The notes below the pieces were generated by a model. The model was not told where the DNA came from. It saw only the letters and a list, made by a program, of their open reading frames with translations, and searched no databases. Shown here in pieces: positions 16,896-22,761 of a DNA stretch of 22,761 nt (positions within the stretch are counted from its first letter, which is position 1; the number at the start of each line of letters is the position of its first letter). Source of the stretch: Verrucomicrobiota bacterium (GTDB lineage Bacteria; Verrucomicrobiota; Verrucomicrobiia; Verrucomicrobiales; DEV007); the NCBI GenBank assembly GCA_045046875.1, contig JASFYY010000057.1, positions 1-22,761 on the forward strand. The letters are read 5' to 3'. The position numbers and the translations under genes are program-made.

Positions 16896-18292
16896 CTAGG
16901 TTTGCCCTTCACGTAATTTTGCATTCCTTGATCCCGCCACCAAGACCGGATTTTCTCTATGGCCACATCTTTAGTCGCAATAGGTGCCTTCTCATCGTAA
17001 CTAAATCCAATACCAGTAAAAATTTGAATTGCCTCCGCAACTGCATCGCATCTGCGAATAGTCCACTCTGATTTGCCGTCCCTTGCGACCGCGTAGTCAT
17101 CTCTGAAGTCAAGTGCGTCAATCAGAAGGTGCATTGGAAATTTTGCCTTTGTATAGCCCTTTGGTAAACCTCCACGTCCACCATAAGCAATCTCGCATAG
17201 CATTTCTATAATTGCCGATCCCCTCTTCGATAGTGGGTTCTCTTTATTTTTAAGAAATAAGCGCTTTCTAATTTCTGCCTGGTACTTTTCGCTCCCGTAT
17301 AGGATCATCTGGCGAAGAGCGTAATCTTGGGCATTAGAGTCAGCGGCCCCGTCGTCAGGTAAGTCCTTTGGAAAATTATAACCACCAGTGAGATACGCAT
17401 CTGTAACTGTTGCCAATTTTGAATTGTCCCCAAGTTGGCACATCAGTGATGATAACTGCGGGAGCTGGTAAGGGTCTCTTGTATTACACATCTCGCGAAG
17501 CTTCTCCAGAACCTGCTCTTTCTGGCCATGTTTTTCAGCGAGCATATCCAGAAGTATGAGAATCTGATAAATCCCTGGATCTTCTTCGATCGCAATCCAT
17601 TTCTGTTCCACTTCTGACTTGCCGCGACTCTTAAGATACCATGACGTGATCGAAGCAATCGTCTTTTCCCGAATCTCAGAGTTCTCGTTGGAGAAGTAAG
17701 ATCCAGTTGAACTCCTCCGATAGAATGGAGTCGTAGTGAGTTCATTAAGGATTTGGATCGCCGCATCCTGATAGCGAAGGATTGTGCGCGAGGAAGCATT
17801 ATGACGCCAAAATCCTACTGAGCGGGTGGGACGTCGATCGTCAAGCAATTTGACTAATGCAGGAATTGCCGGTTGTCCTATCTCTTTGAGTTTGATTGCC
17901 GCGTTGGGAATCCCTTCGCGTTGACCGAAGTCCTGCAGAAGATAACACATACCGGGTTGGCTATGTTGATAGCAGTTCACATTGCGAAGATGGTAAATCC
18001 AATGATCTATTTGTTTCTCCAGGCTGAGATTCTTAACATCCTTGGACTCCCGCCACTCGGAATCCTCCCTAGCCATATTTTCCAATAGTTCGGCCAACTC
18101 TTTCGACTCCTTTGCATAATGACTTTCTGAAAATTTCACTGACACTTTACGAAAGAGCTTAGCTGCATATTTACGATCACCCTTATCTTGAAGAGAAGTG
18201 ACACCAGCGTTGAAGGTCTTCCACACTTTCTTTTCATTTCCTTCACACGCAAAGAGAAGAAATGATAAAACTAATAAAATGGCCGGCCGCAT
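16892..18292 (-). CDS. Cassette lipoprotein, alpha-helical (HEAT-like) hypothetical
   Basis: Lipobox LFAC and HEAT-like AAIKLKEIGQPAIPALVKLLDD. The stop TAG lies in the inverse core. Confidence 0.8.
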   Translation of the reverse strand: MRPAILLVLSFLLFACEGNEKKVWKTFNAGVTSLQDKGDRKYAAKLFRKVSVKFSESHYAKESKELAELLENMAREDSEWRESKDVKNLSLEKQIDHWIYHLRNVNCYQHSQPGMCYLLQDFGQREGIPNAAIKLKEIGQPAIPALVKLLDDRRPTRSVGFWRHNASSRTILRYQDAAIQILNELTTTPFYRRSSTGSYFSNENSEIREKTIASITSWYLKSRGKSEVEQKWIAIEEDPGIYQILILLDMLAEKHGQKEQVLEKLREMCNTRDPYQLPQLSSLMCQLGDNSKLATVTDAYLTGGYNFPKDLPDDGAADSNAQDYALRQMILYGSEKYQAEIRKRLFLKNKENPLSKRGSAIIEMLCEIAYGGRGGLPKGYTKAKFPMHLLIDALDFRDDYAVARDGKSEWTIRRCDAVAEAIQIFTGIGFSYDEKAPIATKDVAIEKIRSWWRDQGMQNYVKGKPR

Positions 18293-18300
18293 ATTTTAAG

Positions 18301-18425
18301 GTAGAACGAAAGAGGCTAGCTGATCCTCTGCGGGAGCGAGCGTAGCTTGGTGGATAATGTATCAAAGTTAGAATGAGCTGACAACTGAAAACGAGCAGAG
18401 GATTAGCTACGCCGTTTTGTTATGC
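18301..18425 (-). repeat. attC site, family B
   Basis: GTAGAAC..GGCTAGCTGATCCTCTGC...GCAGAGGATTAGCTA[C]GCC-GTTTT-GTTATGC. Confidence 0.92.
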
Positions 18426-18923
18426 CTTTGGCTTTAGAGGACGGGTGTCGCGAATACCGTGATAGGGATTTACGTATCCACCCTTCGGATCAACGAAATC
18501 CCATTCAACTGAGAATTTTATTTTACGATCGTCAATCACAACGGTGCAGATTGCAGAAATTTCGTAATGACCAGACATCTCTGTTGAAAACTTTTTCTCC
18601 TGAATTGATTGGACGTGCACTACTGATCCTTTGGGGAGTTGTATAATCTTTCGATATTTTTGCCCGTATGAAAAGAGTTCCGCAATTTCCCCCTCATTAA
18701 CTGTTGCCTCTGGCGAGTCTGGTGAATCAGAAAAGTAAAAAAAATTGTCAAGAATGTAATAGTGGTTGGGATTTTGATGCTCCCAAACACACGCAAAATC
18801 AGAATGAACTATCAGGTCAACTCCAACGAAATTTTTGTATTCCTTTAGTGAGGAAACGTTGCTAACAGAGGAGCCAGAACAACCAACCCAAAACAAGGCA
18901 ATGGCAAATCCAGCCTGTGTCAT
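18420..18923 (-). CDS. Cassette hypothetical lipoprotein
   Basis: MTQAGFAIALFWVGC lipobox-like start (alternative ATG 18935 overlaps the core). The stop TAA lies in inverse core GCATAAC. Confidence 0.75.
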   Translation of the reverse strand: MTQAGFAIALFWVGCSGSSVSNVSSLKEYKNFVGVDLIVHSDFACVWEHQNPNHYYILDNFFYFSDSPDSPEATVNEGEIAELFSYGQKYRKIIQLPKGSVVHVQSIQEKKFSTEMSGHYEISAICTVVIDDRKIKFSVEWDFVDPKGGYVNPYHGIRDTRPLKPKA

Positions 18924-18931
18924 ATTTCTTG

Positions 18932-19057
18932 GCATAACGTCGAGTCACACCGCATCCCTGAGAGGGAGCGCGCGTTGACGAAGGGTTTGATGGTTAAAAT
19001 TAAAGTAAATCATAACTATGGGGCGGCTCAGGGATTCGGTAATAACTATTGTTCGGC
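18932..19057 (-). repeat. attC site, family C
   Basis: GCATAAC-GTCGA-GTCACACCGCATCCCTGAG...CTCAGGGATTCGGTAATAAC-TATT-GTTCGGC. Confidence 0.88.
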
Positions 19058-19730
19058 AACTGTTTTTTCGGGGCCGACGAACGGTTCAGTCTCACGTTGG
19101 CTCAGAATCTCTCGCATATATCGAGGCAAGTCCTCATATCGGCAAATGTCAATACTGTGTTCATATCCGCCCTCAATACTGTCTCCATCTTCTACACTCT
19201 GTATCCAAAGTTCGCCTGGGGGGATCTCATCTCGCCGTTCGTCATCTTCTCCACCTCGCACGATGTAGATCGCCGAAATGAAACCAATCTTCACTCAACG
19301 AATAGAGGATGCCGCGCTCCCATTTTTCCTCGAACAGTCCTTTGAAGTGGATCGAAATGGCGTCTCCGAAGTTTTCGTGAATTGCCTCAAAGAGGCGTAA
19401 TCTGAAAACTCGCCCCTCGACTCGGGCATCTGGAATTTCTACGAGCAAATTTCCGTATTTGTCATGCCGTTTTCGAAGAGATTCTAAAATAAATTTGGAC
19501 AAATCCGCGCGTAGCTCATCAACGATACGCTGAAGGCGCACTTGATCTGCCGCATTAAGGCCGATGGCGTTCATAGTGTGAACGTTCAGTGCGCCCGTGT
19601 GAAATTCAATCAGATCGAGGGAAATGATCTCTGGGTCTTGAATCCCGACAATCGGAACCTCTCCGTCTGGTGAATCACAGCCTGCAATAGCAAGTAGCAA
19701 CAGTGCCGATGCGAGTCTCCAGTGTTTCAT
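19046..19730 (-). pseudogene. Cassette lipoprotein gene, apparently frameshifted (19242-19730 plus 19046-19294)
   Basis: Lipobox IAGC. Two overlapping ORFs in different frames together fill one cassette, and the second ends in the attC (..VAEQ*). Confidence 0.6.
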
Positions 19731-19736
19731 TTCTTA

Positions 19737-19862
19737 GCCGAACGTCGAGCACAGGCAACCCGCTAGCTGGGGCAAGTGTGAACGAAGATATTAAGGGTTA
19801 AAGTTTTCATTTATTCGTAACTACGGGGCGGCTAGCGGGTTGCTCTGCTGCGTTTGTTCTGC
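19737..19862 (-). repeat. attC site, family A
   Basis: GCCGAAC-GTCGA-GCACAGGCAACCCGCTAGC...GCTAGCGGGTTGCTCTGCTGC-GTTT-GTTCTGC. Confidence 0.92.
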
Positions 19863-19888
19863 TTCTTATTCTGACCTTCGGCCGCATA

Positions 19889-20440
19889 TTAGTCACTCAG
19901 AATAGATATTTTTAAGCCCTTCGCTTTAAAGGTTGTGGCCCGTGCGGCGTCGCCTTCTTTAAAGGCAGAGATTACTTTCATTGAAAAACGCATTGTCCAA
20001 TCCCCAGGTTGTAGGATGAAATAATCATAGAGTTCAATTTCGAAGGTTTTGCTCTCGCCTTTTCGGAACGCATGAACTCGCGATGAGTATCCGACTTTTA
20101 TTCCATCGCCAAATACGATTGCTCCTCGCTTAGTGAACGGGCAAACGATTCCATTGGAATCAATAAGACCAACCTTGCAAGAGAGGATCATGTTTGGTTC
20201 GATAACTGTTACGAGACTTGCTGATATGTTTGCGACCTTAATCTGAATTTTACAGCTGCCATCTTTGGAGTTTTGCGGGACGAATATTTTTACGCCAATC
20301 TCATTTGATTCCAATTCTATCACACTTTCTTTGCGAGGATTGCTAGAGTCCGCAGCGAAAGCAGTGGGGCCGTTGAGGATAAATACCAAACTTACAGCAA
20401 CCGCTGAGATTACTTTCATGGAATGGGTGCGATGCTTCAC
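19889..20440 (-). CDS. Cassette secreted hypothetical protein (beta-rich)
   Basis: Signal peptide ending AFA. The GTG start is 14 nt after the core. Confidence 0.75.
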   Translation of the reverse strand: MKHRTHSMKVISAVAVSLVFILNGPTAFAADSSNPRKESVIELESNEIGVKIFVPQNSKDGSCKIQIKVANISASLVTVIEPNMILSCKVGLIDSNGIVCPFTKRGAIVFGDGIKVGYSSRVHAFRKGESKTFEIELYDYFILQPGDWTMRFSMKVISAFKEGDAARATTFKAKGLKISILSD

Positions 20441-20447
20441 TTCTTAG

Positions 20448-20575
20448 GCACAACGTAGAGCACAGGCAACCCGCTACTGGCAGCGAGCATTTGTGTTCAT
20501 GTTGAGGGTTAAAGTTTTCATTTAGGTTTTAACTAAAGGGGGGGTAGCGGGTTGCTCTGCTGCGTTTTGTTCTGC
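20448..20575 (-). repeat. attC site, family A
   Basis: GCACAAC-GTAGA-GCACAGGCAACCCGCTAC...GTAGCGGGTTGCTCTGCTGC-GTTTT-GTTCTGC. Confidence 0.93.
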
Positions 20576-20591
20576 TATGTCTCGATGAGCG

Positions 20592-21224
20592 CTATCGAAC
20601 GAGCGATTCGTAAAAACTAGATGCTGACTCATAGGCACCATTATGGCAATAAAGATCATCAATAAACCATCGCCCAGATTCCTTAACTAAAATCACAGAA
20701 GTATTTCGTTCGTGACCTGAATACTGAGCTCCCTTCCCCCATACGTAGATTACATCTGTTATTGCTTTTGGGTAAGTTCCCGCGACATCTGGAATCGCAC
20801 CTTCCTCGATGGTGGTTCTGTGCGCTCCCCCTACCTTAAAAGATGTCGGAGGTTCCCATGATTGTAATATCGCTTTTCTTCCGCCGATTCCTAAAGGATG
20901 GTAAACATATGGTCCTGGCTGCACCACGCTTCTACCTGCATATTGGGCTTTCGAAGTAGCGATCCTATGCCTGAGATTACCGGAGAAATATTTCCGGCAG
21001 AACTCCGCGTCCCGGAGGAGGGCCTCGTCATAACGAGCGGAGAAAACTCTCTGCATAAATCCCCTCACTGCATCTTCCGGTGACTCAAAACCATCCGAAT
21101 GTTTGCGATCATCCGCATATGGAATATCAAAACTTTCGGCATCCGGAAACGTAGTGCGATCCGACATGCTAAAGTAACAGCACGAAGACAATGCTAGACA
21201 CAAGAGCACGATTGCGTTTCTCAT
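20592..21224 (-). CDS. Cassette lipoprotein, possibly NTF2-like/DUF3828-like
   Basis: Lipobox LSSC, SPEDAVRGF and C-terminal LVKESGRWFIDD. The family call is tentative. Confidence 0.7.
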   Translation of the reverse strand: MRNAIVLLCLALSSCCYFSMSDRTTFPDAESFDIPYADDRKHSDGFESPEDAVRGFMQRVFSARYDEALLRDAEFCRKYFSGNLRHRIATSKAQYAGRSVVQPGPYVYHPLGIGGRKAILQSWEPPTSFKVGGAHRTTIEEGAIPDVAGTYPKAITDVIYVWGKGAQYSGHERNTSVILVKESGRWFIDDLYCHNGAYESASSFYESLVR

Positions 21225-21234
21225 GATTTTATAG

Positions 21235-21357
21235 GCAGAACGTGGAGACTAGCCAGCCGCTACCGGCGGCGGGCGTTGCTTCTGGGCTTGATGTTAAAAT
21301 TACGGTGATCCATAACAGTTAGCGGGTAGCGGCTTGGTCTACGCCGTTTTGTTCGGC
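21235..21357 (-). repeat. attC site, family E
   Basis: GCAGAAC-GTGGA-GACTAGCCAGCCGCTACC...GGTAGCGGC[T]TGG[T]CTA[C]GCC-GTTTT-GTTCGGC. Confidence 0.9.
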
Positions 21358-22143
21358 ACGTGCGGTCTTCGACGTGGCTTCACTATGCGTTAAGGCAACC
21401 ATCGGTTCAATGAATTTACGGATCGATTCGTTCAAACGTTCGTATCCGGCTTCTGAAAGATGAAGAAAATCGCCACTATAGTCAGAGGTGACGTGCCCAT
21501 CGTCGCCAGCCAACACCTCGGCGCTTACAAAGACCGTAACACCGTCTGAAGCCAAGGACTGAAGTTACTTATTTACCTCGTCAATCGCGGGGTCAACTCG
21601 ATCAGACCAGAATGGTCTACGCTCGAAAGGGAGTTCGCCCACAGGAAAGATTGTGGTGACAATAACATGAGCGCCATGATCCCGAGATCGACTGACGATG
21701 TGCCCAATATTCTCCTTACAGCGTTCGATGATCTGCGCTTCGGCGTCTGGAAAGAGCGGAATTGTCTTAAGATCATTGATACCAGCCTGCAATACAACGA
21801 TCCTAGGGCTGAGCGGAGCTAGATGATAACCGAACCTGCCGAGTATTTGCTCAGTGGTTTGCGCGCCAATTCCTAGATTCAATGTTCGTCCTTCAAGCCA
21901 TGTTGGCTCCGGCCACTGCGCCGCTCGAGAATCGCCGTAAAAGACCAGAGCGAGATTTTCCGGCGAGGATGTCACTTCAAGCTGTCTCAATCCCAATGGG
22001 TCGAGCCGCACGGCATTTGCTTCGCTGTAGTAGAGCTTCGCTCGCTGAAATACGATGTAGTTCGCCGCAAATGCGCCGACCAGAAAAAGGACGAGTAGCG
22101 CACCAATAGAGCGTTTGAGGATCGTCCTTCGTGCTACTCTCAT
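21319..22143 (-). pseudogene. Cassette SGNH/GDSL hydrolase with in-frame nonsense codon at 21565-21567
   Basis: GDSR, GIGAQ and GIND blocks precede the TAA. The catalytic DFLH follows it in the same frame (EVNK*LQSLASDG). Confidence 0.88.
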
Positions 22144-22149
22144 TTCTTT

Positions 22150-22274
22150 GCCGAACGGTTGAGGCTAGCTGATCCTCTGCGGGAGCAAGCGTAGCTTGGT
22201 GGACAAGGTATCAAAGTTAGAATTGGATGACAACTGAAAATGGGCAGAGGATTAGCTACGCCGTTTTGTTGTGC
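22150..22274 (-). repeat. attC site, family B
   Basis: GCCGAAC-GGTTGA-GGCTAGCTGATCCTCTGC...GCAGAGGATTAGCTACGCC-GTTTT-GTTGTGC. Confidence 0.92.
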
Positions 22275-22281
22275 TCCGAAT

Positions 22282-22608
22282 TCAGTTTGACGTAATTGCG
22301 GAATTAACAGCCGAAATGGTATTAGTTGATTTATCAATCGTAATCGACACAATCAATCCCTGTTCAGAATACTGCTTCGTTTGATAATCAAAAATATAAA
22401 TAGACCTTCCATTCACTGACTCGTATTTGTCGGCTTTAGATAAAAAGGTTTGAAACTCATCTGCGCTACTTCCAATCGGAAACAGCTTCGCAAGCCGAAT
22501 TTCGAACCCTGAATCACTATAAGTCTCGCAACATGCGTGAAATTTACTTTCATAATTTTGAGAGCACGAGCATACTAAGATCAGTGACAATAAGAGAAGC
22601 TTATTCAT
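22282..22608 (-). CDS. Cassette small hypothetical lipoprotein
   Basis: MNKLLLLSLILVCSC lipobox-like start. The ATG is 13 nt after the core. Confidence 0.78.
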   Translation of the reverse strand: MNKLLLLSLILVCSCSQNYESKFHACCETYSDSGFEIRLAKLFPIGSSADEFQTFLSKADKYESVNGRSIYIFDYQTKQYSEQGLIVSITIDKSTNTISAVNSAITSN

Positions 22609-22614
22609 TTATTG

Positions 22615-22696
22615 GCACAACGTCGAGCACAGGCAACCCGCTACTGGCAGCGAGCTTTCGTGTTCAAGTTGAGGGTTAAAGTTTTCATTTAGATTT
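22615..22696 (-). repeat. attC site, family A, interrupted in its loop by a group II intron
   Basis: Aligns with 16769-16850 up to ...CATTTAGATTT, then similarity stops abruptly. Confidence 0.9.
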
Positions 22697-22761
22697 GTAG
22701 AGTAGGGACGGCTCCGACTTGGAGCCATCCCCCTCATCAAACCGGACGTGCGGTTCTCCCG
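22697..22761 (-). mobile_element. Group II intron 3' end (distal domain V and domain VI)
   Basis: The minus strand reads CGGGAGAACCGC-AC-GTCCGGTTT (DV with AC bulge), GAT, then the DVI stem GAG-GGGGATGGCTCC-AAGTC-GGAGCCGTCCCT-[A]-CTC-TAC with a bulged branch A and an AY end. Confidence 0.9.

Larger units (their letters stand above)
13949..22761 (-). mobile_element. Integron gene-cassette array (distal part; intI/attI not in window)
   Basis: Twelve attC-like hairpins alternate with single co-oriented ORFs that start 8-24 nt after a GTT core. Each cassette's leading core is complementary to its own trailing inverse core. Confidence 0.93.

Noticed and set aside
18347..18374. dif/Xer-like site in a family-B attC (TTGGTGGATAA-TGTATC-AAAGTTAGAAT)
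   Set aside because: The XerD arm matches poorly, and the ATAATGTAT resemblance is not kept in the other two B copies.
22140..22352. ORFs spanning attC sites (22140-22352, 16196-16417, 18975-19268)
   Set aside because: They cross cassette boundaries and overlap real genes, so they would not survive cassette shuffling.
14183..22696. CRISPR array interpretation of the recurring repeats
   Set aside because: The repeats are ~125 bp, fall into several families and are separated by whole genes. No cas genes are present.

Overview
Bacterial genomic DNA, probably from a PVC-group organism such as Verrucomicrobia. This is inferred from a planctomycete-type cytochrome c, an FG-GAP/ASPIC-UnbV protein and a Tat-exported Gfo/Idh/MocA enzyme. 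Bases 1-13.9 kb hold ordinary chromosomal genes: the end of an FG-GAP/ASPIC gene, vapBC, DUF72, sufS-sufU, cytochrome c, GNAT, TraR/DksA, a ROK regulator/oxidoreductase/MFS/TSUP/CBM6 cluster and an outer-membrane barrel. Bases ~13.95-22.76 kb are the distal part of an integron-type gene-cassette array on the minus strand. It has 11 single-gene cassettes plus a decayed terminal remnant, separated by 12 attC-like hairpins of five sequence families. No integrase is in the window; intI/attI would lie to the right. Notable points: (i) the five attC families share a near-constant length (123-128 bp) and a positionally fixed central 9-mer; (ii) most attC loops carry a short ATG-initiated ORF; (iii) the last attC is interrupted in its loop by the 3' end of a group II intron co-oriented with the cassettes, unlike classical IIC-attC introns; (iv) core sites decay toward the distal end; (v) cargo is dominated by exported proteins/lipoproteins and SMI1/KNR4 immunity-like proteins. 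All product calls come from motif recognition by eye, not database searches.
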